Positions 38,170-48,113 of a stretch of DNA of 64,000 nucleotides are shown here, piece after piece; position 1 is the first letter of the stretch, and every line of letters begins with the position of its first letter. The notes beneath the pieces were generated by a model, which had not been told where the DNA came from, did not search any database, and saw nothing but the letters and a program-made list of their open reading frames with translations. The translations under genes were made by a program, and so were the position numbers. This DNA comes from Candidatus Marinacidobacterales bacterium (GTDB lineage Bacteria > Acidobacteriota > Vicinamibacteria > Marinacidobacterales > SMYC01): contig CBDFNJ010000001.1 in assembly GCA_965250115.1 (NCBI GenBank), positions 1,450,175 to 1,514,174 of the forward strand, read 5' to 3'.

Positions 38170-40989
38170 ATGGGTGAGTCATTTCTCAGACGGGTCTTGT
38201 CTCCCGTCGTGACGTTCCGGGAGGGAGAAGCGGTTACCTGCGTCCTCATGTTCGTCTACTCCTTCCTCGTGATGACCGCTTACAACAACATCAAACCTTC
38301 CGCGGCCTCGAAGTTCATCGCCGATCTCGGCGCCGACAATGTGCCCTATGTGATGCTCATCGCGGGTCTCACGATGGGCTTCATCCTGAACTACTACAGC
38401 CGGGGCCTCACGAAAGTACCCAAGCTCTGGGTGCTTCCCGGAACGCAATTGCTCTTGATCGCCATGCTGGTCGGCTTCTGGTTTCTCTTCCAGACGGGCG
38501 AGGCCTGGCAGGCCTGGATCTCGGCGGCGTTTTTTTTCTTCGGCCGGCTTCTGCTGGGCATCTTTCTCATCAGCCAGTTTTGGACCTTGGCCAACGATAT
38601 CTACGACCCGCGGCAAGCGAAACGGGTCTTCGGATTCATCGGCGGAGGCGCGACCCTGGGAGGCATGACGGGATCGGGCCTCACGGCGCTTCTCGTCAAG
38701 CGGGTCGGCACCGAAAATCTCATCCTGTTCAGCGCGGCGGTGCTCGCCTTATGTTTCTTCCTCATCCTGGAAATTCAGAAAAGAACGAAGCGGGAGGGAG
38801 ATACTGAAGGCTCCTTCGAAGCCAAAGGCAGCACCGTCGGAGGCGGAGAAGCGCTCGCCATGCTGCGAAGCTCCCGGCACCTCAAGCTCATCGCTCTGAT
38901 CATCGGGTTCGGAGCCCTCGGCGCCGCGACGCTCGAGCAACAGCTCTACATGGCTTCCGAGGGCGTCCTCGAGGGACAGGACAGCATCACGAGCTTCCTG
39001 GCCGGCATCACGTTCTACATTTCCCTCATCGGCTTCGTGATTCAGGTTTACTTCACTTCCCGCATCTACAGTCTGCTCGGTATCGGGTTCGCACTTGCCG
39101 TACTCCCGGTGACCCTCGGCGCTACGGCGGTGATGATTCTCACTTACCGCGTGCTCTGGGCGTCCAGCGCGGCTCGAGTAGCGGACAGCGCGCTTCGCTA
39201 CAGCCTCGACAAGACCACGCGCGAAACGCTCTTCCTGCCTTTGCCGACGGAGCTGAAGCTGAAAGCAAAAGGCTTCGTCGACGTCGTCGCGGATCGCTTC
39301 ATTGGCAAGGGCATCGGCTCGGCCATCCTGCTGGTGGCCCTCAAGGTCTTCGACGTCTCCTGGTACCACTTGAGCTTGCTCAGCCTCGTATATTGTGTGC
39401 TGTGGCTCGCTCTGACGCGTCTCGCGAAGAAGGAGTACATGGCCGGGTTCCGGCGCAGCATCGAGACCCTCTCGCTCGAACCGGAGAGGCTCTCACCGGC
39501 GGCGGGCGACGCGGCCACTGTCGAGACGCTCGTCGAGGAGTTGGGGAGCTCGGACGAACGACGGGTTCTGCGCTCGATCGAGCTCCTCGAAGCCCTGGAG
39601 AAGCGAAATCTGATAACGCCTCTGCTTCTGCACCACGCTTCGGCCTCGGTGCGTGCGCGAGCGCTGAGAGCCATCCAGGCAGGCCGGCCCGAGATCGTCT
39701 CTCGGTGGCTCCCGGCCGTGGAGCTCGCGCTAAAGGACGAGGACGGCGACGTTCGCGCCGCGGCAGTGGAGGTCATCGCATCGGCTCGTGCCAGTGGCGT
39801 CCTGGACCTGATGCGAGGCTACCTGCACGACCGCGACCACCGCATCGTGGCAACCGCCGCGATTGCGCTAGCGGAGAGCGACGATGAAGCCGATCGAGTC
39901 GCCGCCTACGACACGCTTGAGCGACTGGCCTCGGATACACGAGGCGCTGCTGCAGCGGCACGCCGTGAAGCGGCGCGCTCCATCGTCCGCACGTCCGACC
40001 CGCGCTTCCGCCACCTCCTCATGCCTCTGATGCAGGACGCGGACCTGAGTGTGGCACGCGAGGCCATTCGAAGCGCTCGTCAGTTGGGCGATGACGATGC
40101 CCTCTTCGTGCCCGCGCTCGTTTCCCTGCTGAGACACCGCAGGCTCAAGAACACTGCCCGGGAAGCCCTCGTCAGCTACGGCGAGACCATCATTCCGACG
40201 CTTACCTACTTCCTCGCGGACGACAACGAGGAACCCTGGGTACGTCGACACATTCCCGAAGTGCTCGCCTTGATTCCAGATCGAGCCTCGGTCGAAGCGC
40301 TTCTCGTCTGCCTGGAGAGCGGCGATGGGTTGCTTCGCTACAAGGCGGTTCAGGCGCTCGAACGAATTCGGCGCATGGACCCGGACCGCGAAATCGACCC
40401 GGAACCGGTCCAGCGACAGCTCTTGAAGGAGGTCGCACGCTACTACCGCTACCTCGGCGCGGGCTATGACCTTTTTGACAAAGGCGGGCTCGCGCGCGAC
40501 TCGCTCGCCGGCCAGGCTTTGCGTGAGAAACTCGAGCGCGGGATGGACCGCATCTGCAGGCTCCTTGGTCTCATCCACTCGTTCCAGGACATCCGTGCGT
40601 CCCGATGGGCAATCGAAAGAGGGGACCCTCGCTCCCGAGCAAGCGCTGTCGAGTTTCTCGACAACACGCTTTCGGGGCAGTTCCGCAAGCTTTTTCTTCC
40701 CCTGGTGGACGACGTACCGCAAGGGGAACGGATTCGGAAGGGTAACGTGTTCCTCAAGACGCGTGTTCGCAGCATCGAGGATACGCTTGCGCGGCTCATC
40801 TACGACGACGACGTCGTTGTGGCCGCCACCGCGATCGACGTGATACGAGAGCAAAAGCTATGGTCGCTCGCGCCGGACCTCGAACAGGTGCTTCAGTTTC
40901 GCGATGCGAAGGACTTCGCGGTCTTCGAGTCCGCCTCCTTCGCGCTCGCGGCCTATCGATTGAGAATGGACGAGCCCCGTGCGATTTGA
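38170..40989 (+). CDS. ATP/ADP-translocase-like (NTT/TLC family) 12-TM transporter fused to C-terminal HEAT/PBS-lyase-type repeats
   Basis: The first ~430 aa are polytopic with NTT-like motifs (FWTLANDIYDPRQAKRVFGFIGGGATLGG). The C-terminal ~500 aa are alpha-helical repeats with recurring E/DxxVRxxAxxAL signatures. Confidence 0.65.
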   Translation: MGESFLRRVLSPVVTFREGEAVTCVLMFVYSFLVMTAYNNIKPSAASKFIADLGADNVPYVMLIAGLTMGFILNYYSRGLTKVPKLWVLPGTQLLLIAMLVGFWFLFQTGEAWQAWISAAFFFFGRLLLGIFLISQFWTLANDIYDPRQAKRVFGFIGGGATLGGMTGSGLTALLVKRVGTENLILFSAAVLALCFFLILEIQKRTKREGDTEGSFEAKGSTVGGGEALAMLRSSRHLKLIALIIGFGALGAATLEQQLYMASEGVLEGQDSITSFLAGITFYISLIGFVIQVYFTSRIYSLLGIGFALAVLPVTLGATAVMILTYRVLWASSAARVADSALRYSLDKTTRETLFLPLPTELKLKAKGFVDVVADRFIGKGIGSAILLVALKVFDVSWYHLSLLSLVYCVLWLALTRLAKKEYMAGFRRSIETLSLEPERLSPAAGDAATVETLVEELGSSDERRVLRSIELLEALEKRNLITPLLLHHASASVRARALRAIQAGRPEIVSRWLPAVELALKDEDGDVRAAAVEVIASARASGVLDLMRGYLHDRDHRIVATAAIALAESDDEADRVAAYDTLERLASDTRGAAAAARREAARSIVRTSDPRFRHLLMPLMQDADLSVAREAIRSARQLGDDDALFVPALVSLLRHRRLKNTAREALVSYGETIIPTLTYFLADDNEEPWVRRHIPEVLALIPDRASVEALLVCLESGDGLLRYKAVQALERIRRMDPDREIDPEPVQRQLLKEVARYYRYLGAGYDLFDKGGLARDSLAGQALREKLERGMDRICRLLGLIHSFQDIRASRWAIERGDPRSRASAVEFLDNTLSGQFRKLFLPLVDDVPQGERIRKGNVFLKTRVRSIEDTLARLIYDDDVVVAATAIDVIREQKLWSLAPDLEQVLQFRDAKDFAVFESASFALAAYRLRMDEPRAI

Positions 40990-41878
40990 ACTGCTTGCTC
41001 CCGTTCCTGCGGTCGCTCTCGCGCAAAAGCTGAGACGCATACCTCTATTCCGATTCGCGTCGGTCGACGAGCTCTTTCGCATCGCCACCATCGCTCGCCA
41101 GGTGCGATACCCCGCTCGAGCCATCGTGCAGGAACGCGGAGCACCGGCGGAGCACCTCCAGGTCCTGCTGGAAGGAAGCTTCGAGCTTGAAGAGCAAGAG
41201 GGCAATAGTCTCCTCGAACCGCCAGCGCTCGTGGGCTTTCAGGAGGTTCTGGAAGGCACGACGATTCGGGCAAGTGCACGGGCCAAGGTCGATTCGATCG
41301 CGCTCGTCATGGCGGCCGAGGAGTTTCGTACGCTGCTCTCGGCGAATATCGAGATCGCGCAGGGATTGTTCCGCTTGCTTCTCGAATCGAGCCGCAATGG
41401 GGCGCGACCAAGTGTCGTCGACGTATCGCGCCTCGAAGACTCGAGCGGCGGAGCTACCCTCAAGACCGTGGACAAGGTCCTCTATCTGCAAGCCATCCCG
41501 ATCTTTGCCCGCGCGGATAGTGACGAGCTCTTCGAGCTAGCCGCGATCACCAAAGATCACGAGCTTCAGCCCAACGCCATCTTGTTCTCCGAGGGCGATC
41601 CTGCTTCGATTCTCGCGCTCCTTTCTGGGGAGATCGAGCTCATGCCAGCTTCAGGAGGCGAATCCTTCCAAGTGGCCGCGGGACAGTGCATCGGCGTCAA
41701 CGAGACCCTCGCGGGAGCCTCGTGGCCGTTCAGGGGACGTGTCACCGAGGCGGGTAGGGCCCTCGATATTCATCGCGAGCTGTTTTTCGAGCTCCTGTCG
41801 GACCGGCTCGACCTGCTGCAAACCATCTTCGGTGCCGTCTTCCAGGGGAAGAAGGCGGAAGAGACCAGCGAAACATGA
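40979..41878 (+). CDS. tandem cyclic-nucleotide-binding (cNMP) domain protein
   Basis: Two CAP-like effector domains (IPLFRFASVDEL...; IPIFARADSDEL...) with a GTG start overlapping the upstream stop. No DNA-binding HTH is evident. Confidence 0.6.
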   Translation: MRFELLAPVPAVALAQKLRRIPLFRFASVDELFRIATIARQVRYPARAIVQERGAPAEHLQVLLEGSFELEEQEGNSLLEPPALVGFQEVLEGTTIRASARAKVDSIALVMAAEEFRTLLSANIEIAQGLFRLLLESSRNGARPSVVDVSRLEDSSGGATLKTVDKVLYLQAIPIFARADSDELFELAAITKDHELQPNAILFSEGDPASILALLSGEIELMPASGGESFQVAAGQCIGVNETLAGASWPFRGRVTEAGRALDIHRELFFELLSDRLDLLQTIFGAVFQGKKAEETSET

Positions 41879-43584
41879 AAAGCCGTATCACGCTGCGACT
41901 TCACCATGCGATCATGCTGTTGCTCGCACTACTGATCTTCGCGACGGCAGACGCGGCTTTCGCAGACGATCCCCAGTGCGAGTGGACCGGGGTCGAGCGG
42001 ATCGTCGCCATCGGAGACATTCATGGCGCTTACGACAACTTCGTCGCGGTATTGAAGAACGCGAAGCTGCTCGACAACAAGCTGAGATGGACCGGTGGGA
42101 AGACCCACCTGGTACAAAACGGCGACATCGTCGATCGCGGCCCTCACTCGCGCAAAGCAATGGAATTGTTGATGAAGCTCCAGGACAAAGCCGAGGAGGA
42201 CGGCGGTCGAGTCCACGTTCTCATCGGCAATCACGAGGCGATGAACGTCGTCGGCATTGTAAATCTCGTTTCAGCCAAAGAGTTCGAGTCCTATACCAAC
42301 GCCGACTCGGCCCAACGACGAGAGTCCACCTTCGATCGCTACTACGAGAACCTTCGTAAGGAGGCCAAGGCAAGAGGCGAAGGGGTTCCCATAAGGAGGA
42401 TTGCCGAGAAGGATTTCAAAAAAAAGTACCCGCTTGGCTACGTCGAGCACCGCCACGCCTTCGGAGAAAGAGGCAAGTATGGAAAGTGGATCCGTCGGCT
42501 GAATGCCGCCGTCAAGATCAACGGGATCGTCTTCTCTCACGGAGACTTCGGTGAGAAATTCTCCGAGATTGGCATCGAAGCCTTGAACCAGCGCGTCCGG
42601 CAGGAGCTCTCTGGTGAAATCCCGCTCGAGGGTGGCTATACCTTCGATGCGGAAGCGCCGCTGCAGTACCGCGGCCTCGCGGAGGTGAACTTGAATCGCG
42701 TCGCTCAAGAGGCAGAGCTCGCGCGAGTGGATCGAATCCTCGCCAAATTGGGTGCGACCCGGATGGTCGTCGGCCACACGTCGACGTCGGGTGTGATCGA
42801 GTCACGTTTCGGGGGAAAACACATCAGTATCGATACGGGTATGCTCGAGCTCTACCGCGGCGGGCATCGCGCCGCCCTCTCGATCGAAGGGGACAGGCTC
42901 GAAGCGATCCACGATCGTGGAGCCGTCGAAATCCCTGAGTGGATGGACGATTCCAACTTCGTGGCCTATGTGAGGGCCGTTTCCGCAGTCGATCCAGAGA
43001 ACGCGGACGCGCAGCTGATCCTCGTCGATTCCTTGCGAGACGATGGAAGCAACGCCGAGGCGGCCACGATTCTCGAAAGCTTGTTGCAAAGGCGGAATTT
43101 GGTACCGTTCCGCTACCGCGAATTTCTCGGCGCTCACTACGAGGCGCGAGGCGAGCTCAAGCGGGCACGTTCCGAGTACCTCGCCTATATCGACGGGCTC
43201 ATCGCACTCGTCAATGCGAACCCCGACAACCTCAACCTCGCCAACCTCCTGGCGCGCTTCTGTATCGAGAAGACGCTGAAGCTGGACCTCGCTGCGGAAG
43301 TCGTCGGGCGCGTCATTGCCGGGTCTCCGGAAAACGAAGGGTTCCAGCTGACTCAGGCCAAGCTTCACCTGGCTCGAAGCGAGTACCAAGAGGCGCGTTT
43401 AGTCCTCGAAAGGATCGCGAAAGGAGAAGGGCTGGACTATGACGTTTACGTCATGACCGGTCGCGCCTACGCGGGGCGGAACGACATCGAAAAGGCACGA
43501 GAGGCGTTCGAATCGGCGCTCCGAATCGAACCGGAGCGGGATGAAGCCAAGACGGAGTTGGAGAAGTTGGGCGGATTACCGTAG
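41875..43584 (+). CDS. secreted calcineurin-like metallophosphoesterase with C-terminal TPR region
   Basis: A signal peptide, then MPE motifs GDIHG, GDIVDRG, GNHE and GHT, then a C-terminal helical TPR-like ~200 aa. Confidence 0.7.
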   Translation: MKSRITLRLHHAIMLLLALLIFATADAAFADDPQCEWTGVERIVAIGDIHGAYDNFVAVLKNAKLLDNKLRWTGGKTHLVQNGDIVDRGPHSRKAMELLMKLQDKAEEDGGRVHVLIGNHEAMNVVGIVNLVSAKEFESYTNADSAQRRESTFDRYYENLRKEAKARGEGVPIRRIAEKDFKKKYPLGYVEHRHAFGERGKYGKWIRRLNAAVKINGIVFSHGDFGEKFSEIGIEALNQRVRQELSGEIPLEGGYTFDAEAPLQYRGLAEVNLNRVAQEAELARVDRILAKLGATRMVVGHTSTSGVIESRFGGKHISIDTGMLELYRGGHRAALSIEGDRLEAIHDRGAVEIPEWMDDSNFVAYVRAVSAVDPENADAQLILVDSLRDDGSNAEAATILESLLQRRNLVPFRYREFLGAHYEARGELKRARSEYLAYIDGLIALVNANPDNLNLANLLARFCIEKTLKLDLAAEVVGRVIAGSPENEGFQLTQAKLHLARSEYQEARLVLERIAKGEGLDYDVYVMTGRAYAGRNDIEKAREAFESALRIEPERDEAKTELEKLGGLP

Positions 43585-43616
43585 CCGGCACCCGCCCACT
43601 TCGATCGCCTCTAAGC

Positions 43617-44703
43617 TGCCTTGGTGCACAACTCCGATAGAGGCCGATAGCTCGCTTGGCCCCGACTCCCATCATCCGATCATCTCGCTATCAGGCATCC
43701 CGAGGGCCGTCATCGTGTTGAGAATCTTGCACCCGATCCTTGCCTCGACTCTCTGTGCCGCCAACCCTCTCGCTCGCATCGCTGAGCCCACGATAGCCTT
43801 GTAGCGATGGAACGTTGTCTCGACTTTGCTCCGTTTGCTGTAGCCCGATTCTGTGTGCCACTTTCGTTTGCCGAGCCGAGCTTGTGCTGCAATGTTGCGA
43901 TTGCGCTGTCGGCTGCTCGCCGGCCCCGATGCGAGCTGGGCGCCCTTGCGCGGCGGTATCAGCACCCTCGGCGAGCGATGAGCGCTGTGATTCTCGATCG
44001 CCTCATAGACGCCGCTGGCGTCGTATGCGGTGTCAGCTCTGGCCGATGAGATGGGACTGTCGATCTGTCCGACAAGCGATGCAACCCGCGATGAATCGCG
44101 GGCTCTTTTGCTCGTCAGCTCGCCGGCGACGACTTCGCCAGTCTGCTCGTCGACACACAGATGGAGCTTGCGATAGTCCCTGCTCTTTGGTGCTCTGCGC
44201 AGCTGGCCGGCGTGGACAGCGAGACCGCTGCTGTCGATCAAGATGTGCAACGGCGTCTTCTGCTTGTCTTGGTAGAAGGGGACCTTACCCAGCTTCGCCT
44301 TGCGCCTCGAAATCGTGGTGTGATCGGGCACATCATTGTCTAGCTTCATCAGAGCGAACAACGATCGCAGCAATCCCTCGCTCTGCCTAGATGACAGATG
44401 AAACACCCTGCCCAGGGTGACAGCCGTCTCGATGGCGTGGTTCGAGTACTTGCGTTGACGGCCCGGTTTCCTCCTCCTCGGCCGGGGCGCGTCCCAGTTC
44501 ACAAGCTTGCCGGCGGTGAGCGAGATCCAGACGGTCAGGCTCCCACGGTTGCGTAGACCCGCCTCATATTCACGCCAACTCCTCACGCGATAGGCCTTCT
44601 TCACATACTTCCGCTGAGTGCGTTTGAAAATGCTCATGGGGAACCTCGAATCCGTGAGTACAGGACAATTGTGGACCGAGATCGCGAGTTGTGCACCAAG
44701 GCA
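43617..44703 (-). mobile_element. IS5-family insertion sequence (~1.09 kb)
   Basis: An 18-bp perfect inverted repeat: TGCCTTGGTGCACAACTC at 43617-43634 and its complement at 44686-44703. It contains a DDE_Tnp_1 transposase. Confidence 0.65.
43672..44637 (-). CDS. IS5-family DDE transposase
   Basis: It begins MSIFKRTQRKYVKKAYRVRSWREYEAGLRNRGSLTVW. The DDE region has LHILIDSSGL... and the C-terminal HTESGYSKRSKVETTFHRYK is typical. Confidence 0.75.
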   Translation of the reverse strand: MSIFKRTQRKYVKKAYRVRSWREYEAGLRNRGSLTVWISLTAGKLVNWDAPRPRRRKPGRQRKYSNHAIETAVTLGRVFHLSSRQSEGLLRSLFALMKLDNDVPDHTTISRRKAKLGKVPFYQDKQKTPLHILIDSSGLAVHAGQLRRAPKSRDYRKLHLCVDEQTGEVVAGELTSKRARDSSRVASLVGQIDSPISSARADTAYDASGVYEAIENHSAHRSPRVLIPPRKGAQLASGPASSRQRNRNIAAQARLGKRKWHTESGYSKRSKVETTFHRYKAIVGSAMRARGLAAQRVEARIGCKILNTMTALGMPDSEMIG

Positions 44704-45218
44704 GTTCTCCAGCAGCAGGTGGCCGAGCTCGACCGCGGCCAACGCTCGGTGACACGGACCGCGCCCCCGACTAATGACCCGACCCACCAGATATTGGCCG
44801 CTTGAACGAGCTGGGCTCGAGACGGTGTTCGCAGAATTACGGGAGCGCGTCGCCAGCGCCCACCGAGGAGGAGCTTGGCCTCTACGAAGGTCTCCCTCTT
44901 TGTTGCTGCCCCAATCGTCTCCAAACCGTCTCCAAAACTGGGGAGGACTCCAGAGGACTCGGGGAGATAGCCCGCCGAAAAAAAAGCCTCAACGGAGTTT
45001 CGATTGCCGCTACTCTGTCAACGCCCCCGTCTTCGCGAGGGCTCTTTAAAGGAGCATGTCCTGCGTTCGACGCGGAGGCTATTTGGACTGATGTCGGCGA
45101 TGCTGGGCCGAGCGTTCTCGTTTAATGGAGTCTCATTAAGTAATGTTGCGGCGTTCCCCGGGTGTTCCCCCAGCGGCAAAACAGACTTCGGCGAGTACCA
45201 GTAAGTGCCTGATTCGAT

Positions 45219-45294
45219 TGGTGAGCCGCGAAGGAATCGAACCTTCAACCTACGGATTAAGAGTCCGTTGCTCTGCCAGTTGAGCTAGCGGCCC
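45219..45294 (-). tRNA. tRNA-Lys (anticodon CTT), CCA encoded
   Basis: The reverse complement GGGCCGCTAGCTCAACTGGCAGAGCAACGGACTCTTAATCCGTAGGTTGAAGGTTCGATTCCTTCGCGGCTCACCA folds as a cloverleaf. The anticodon loop is CTCTTAA. Confidence 0.8.
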
Positions 45295-45313
45295 ACTTTC
45301 AAGGTTTCGTGGC

Positions 45314-45390
45314 TGGTACGCCTGAGAGGATTCGAACCTCCGACCTTCTGCTCCGGAGGCAGACGCTCTATCCAGCTGAGCTACAGGCGC
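45314..45390 (-). tRNA. tRNA-Arg (anticodon CCG), CCA encoded
   Basis: The reverse complement GCGCCTGTAGCTCAGCTGGATAGAGCGTCTGCCTCCGGAGCAGAAGGTCGGAGGTTCGAATCCTCTCAGGCGTACCA has the anticodon loop CTCCGGA. Confidence 0.8.
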
Positions 45391-45455
45391 ATCGCCCGGA
45401 AACGTCGCTCCGGAAGAACGGTAAGAATAGCGGAAGTGGGCTCGTCCCCGCAAGC

Positions 45456-47405
45456 CTAACGTGACACTTGGTGGAGCTCGGGGACGGCCTCCGCCGCTTC
45501 GACACGGGCGATCTCCTCGAGGCTCCCTTCCACCATCCCGTCGAAGAGCCATTCCGACGCGCCGCCGAGGACGCTTTGCGCCAGACGGTAGCCCTCGCGG
45601 TCGACGTTTCTGCCGATCGCGCGGAAGGCTTCGTCGATGCGAAGCCGGGACGTCGCGCAGAAGTGCTCGACGAGCGCCAGGACCTCTTTGCGGTCGACGC
45701 GTTCGTCGATGAGAGCCTGGGCACGAGACGCCGACGCGCACTGGGCGTAGAGCTCGGTTCCGATGTCGACGAAGCGCGCGAGGAGCATTTGCTCGCGCTC
45801 GAGCTTTGACCGGTGCTTCAACATCTGGTGGAACAACTTGCGTGCGAGCTTCTTGCTCGTCTTGCGCACGTAGGCGATGTGCTTCCCGAGCGCTGGATCC
45901 ATCTTCGCCGTGGAGGAGAGAGAGGGAAGCCACTGCTTCGGGTACCAGCGAGCGTAGAAAAGCGCCGCGCGCGCGGCGGCCTTCAATCGTCGCCCGAATG
46001 GGAGCCGCGAGGTCATGACCTCCCCGGCCACGCTCAAGTGCGGGTCCATCGCCTCGCGGGCGATGAAGAGACGCATGATCTCCGTCGATCCCTCGAAAAT
46101 ACGATTGATCCGGGCGTCCCGGAGCGCTCGCTCGATCACGTAGGGCGTCTCGCCGCGAGCTTTCAACGAGGCCGCGGTCTCGTATCCACGGCCACCTAGA
46201 ATCTGCATCGCTTCGTCCGCGATGTGCCACGCGGCTTCGCTGGCGAACATCTTCGTCATGGCCGCCTCGACGCGGATGTCGGTCTTCTTTCGATCGACGA
46301 GAGCGGAGGTGAGGTAGGTCATCGACTCGATCGCGAAGATGGTCGAAGCCATCCTCGCGATTTTGTCGGCGATGGCCGCGTGCTTTCCAATCGGGGCGCC
46401 CCACTGCTCCCTCTCGTTGGCCCAGCGCTTCGCCATTTCGAACGCACGTTTCGAAAGGCCGACGCACATGGCGGGAAGGGTGATCCGCCCCGTGTTGAGC
46501 GTCGTGAGGGCGACTCGAAGCCCCTTGCCTTCCTCGGCGATGATGTTCTCCCGGGGAACTTTGACGTCCGTGAAACGAATGACCGCATTGAAAAGGGCGC
46601 GCAGCCCCATGAAGCGGCATCGGTGGGTAACCTCGACTCCTGGCGTTTTGGTTTCCACGACGAAAGCACTCACCTGACTTCGCTCGCGGCCATTGACGAT
46701 CTTCGACGGGGTCTTCGCCATCACGACGATCAGGCCAGCCACGGTGCCGTTCGTACACCAGAGCTTTTCTCCATTAATAATGAAGTGCTTCCCGTCTTTG
46801 GTCAGCTCGGCTCGAGTCTCGATGCGGGCGGGGTCCGAGCCAACGCCTTTTTCGGTGAGCGCGAAAGCGGAAATCTCGCCTCCGGCGACGCGGGGGAGAA
46901 ACGCACTCTTCTGATCCTCGCTTCCGAAAAGGAGGAGCGGTTGCGGCACGCCGATGGACTGGTGCGCGGACAGCAGCGCGGAGAGGTTCCCGCAATAGCT
47001 TCCGAGCAGGACCGCGGCGCGGGTATAGACCTGCTGGGTCAGGCCGAGGCCTCCGTATTCCCGCGGGATTTTGATGCCGAAAGCGCCGAGAGCGGCGAGC
47101 CCCTGAATGACGTCGTTGGGGATCTCACCGTCCTGATCGATCTGGTTCGGGTCGACGTGCTCACGCAGGAAGGCCTCCATCTGAGCCAGAAACTCACGTC
47201 CGCGGGCGCCTCTGTCCGACGGTCTCTCCGGATAGGGATGGATGAGATCGATCGGCACCTCGCCCATGAAGGGTGCGCCGGCGAACGTCGGGTACTCCCA
47301 GAGACCTTCACGAGAGGCCTCGGTGAGCTCGAGCGCGGCGCGCTTTCCATCGGACATGCCGGTGGTGTCGATAACGGGCTCGTTGTCTCGGTCATGGTTA
47401 CTCAT
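45456..47405 (-). CDS. long-type acyl-CoA dehydrogenase (~650 aa with C-terminal extension)
   Basis: It has the ACAD N/M/C domains (ALTEKGVGSD, the GGRGYETA region, and catalytic-base region IFEGSTEIM). The start MSNHDRDN at 47405 overlaps the tetR stop. Confidence 0.8.
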   Translation of the reverse strand: MSNHDRDNEPVIDTTGMSDGKRAALELTEASREGLWEYPTFAGAPFMGEVPIDLIHPYPERPSDRGARGREFLAQMEAFLREHVDPNQIDQDGEIPNDVIQGLAALGAFGIKIPREYGGLGLTQQVYTRAAVLLGSYCGNLSALLSAHQSIGVPQPLLLFGSEDQKSAFLPRVAGGEISAFALTEKGVGSDPARIETRAELTKDGKHFIINGEKLWCTNGTVAGLIVVMAKTPSKIVNGRERSQVSAFVVETKTPGVEVTHRCRFMGLRALFNAVIRFTDVKVPRENIIAEEGKGLRVALTTLNTGRITLPAMCVGLSKRAFEMAKRWANEREQWGAPIGKHAAIADKIARMASTIFAIESMTYLTSALVDRKKTDIRVEAAMTKMFASEAAWHIADEAMQILGGRGYETAASLKARGETPYVIERALRDARINRIFEGSTEIMRLFIAREAMDPHLSVAGEVMTSRLPFGRRLKAAARAALFYARWYPKQWLPSLSSTAKMDPALGKHIAYVRKTSKKLARKLFHQMLKHRSKLEREQMLLARFVDIGTELYAQCASASRAQALIDERVDRKEVLALVEHFCATSRLRIDEAFRAIGRNVDREGYRLAQSVLGGASEWLFDGMVEGSLEEIARVEAAEAVPELHQVSR

Positions 47406-48040
47406 GACATCTCTCCTGTAACGTGGCGGGCAATCATGGCGACTAGCTCGGCGCGGCACACGTCGAGGTCGACGGCGTTCTCGTCGAAGACCCACTGCAG
47501 CATGACGCCGTCTATGGCCGCCTGGATCAAAGAGGCCGTCGTCTGGACGGGAAGGGGCCGGAGCTCGCCGCGCTCGCGCCCCTCCTCCAGAATGCGAGCG
47601 AGGTAGTGGCGCGAGGGCTCGTAGGCTTCGGCGTTGAGAGGGGTGTGGTCCATGCTGTCGGAACGTCGGCCCCATAGATCGACGAGCGCGACGTAGTTGT
47701 TCCGGTGCGCCTCCATGAAGTCGAAGTTCGACTCGATATAGGCACGGAGCTTTTCGAGCGCCGCCGTATGGCCACCCACGCGCTCCTTGATGAACTCTGC
47801 GGGGCGGCGGCGGAGGCTCCTCAGAATTTCTTCGATCAGCTCTTCCTTGCCGGCGAAGTGATACGAGATCACGCCCTTGCTGATGCCAGCTCCGCGAGCG
47901 ATCTCGGCGAGAGAGGTCTGTGACAAACCCTGCGTGGCGATGGTCTCGATAGCGGTGTCGATGATCTGTCGCCGGCGGGCTTCCTCTATGAATGTTGGCT
48001 TCTTTTGACCAACTGTCTCAGCATTTGACCGCATAGTCAT
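47402..48040 (-). CDS. TetR-family transcriptional regulator
   Basis: An N-terminal HTH (GLSQTSLAEIARGAGISKGVISYHF) plus a C-terminal ligand domain. Confidence 0.8.
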   Translation of the reverse strand: MTMRSNAETVGQKKPTFIEEARRRQIIDTAIETIATQGLSQTSLAEIARGAGISKGVISYHFAGKEELIEEILRSLRRRPAEFIKERVGGHTAALEKLRAYIESNFDFMEAHRNNYVALVDLWGRRSDSMDHTPLNAEAYEPSRHYLARILEEGRERGELRPLPVQTTASLIQAAIDGVMLQWVFDENAVDLDVCRAELVAMIARHVTGEMS

Positions 48041-48113
48041 ATTTTAGCCCACTAAGATAAAAATGTCAACAATACAGGTATTTATCGGTAAAATAACGCT
48101 ATTTGACGAATAT

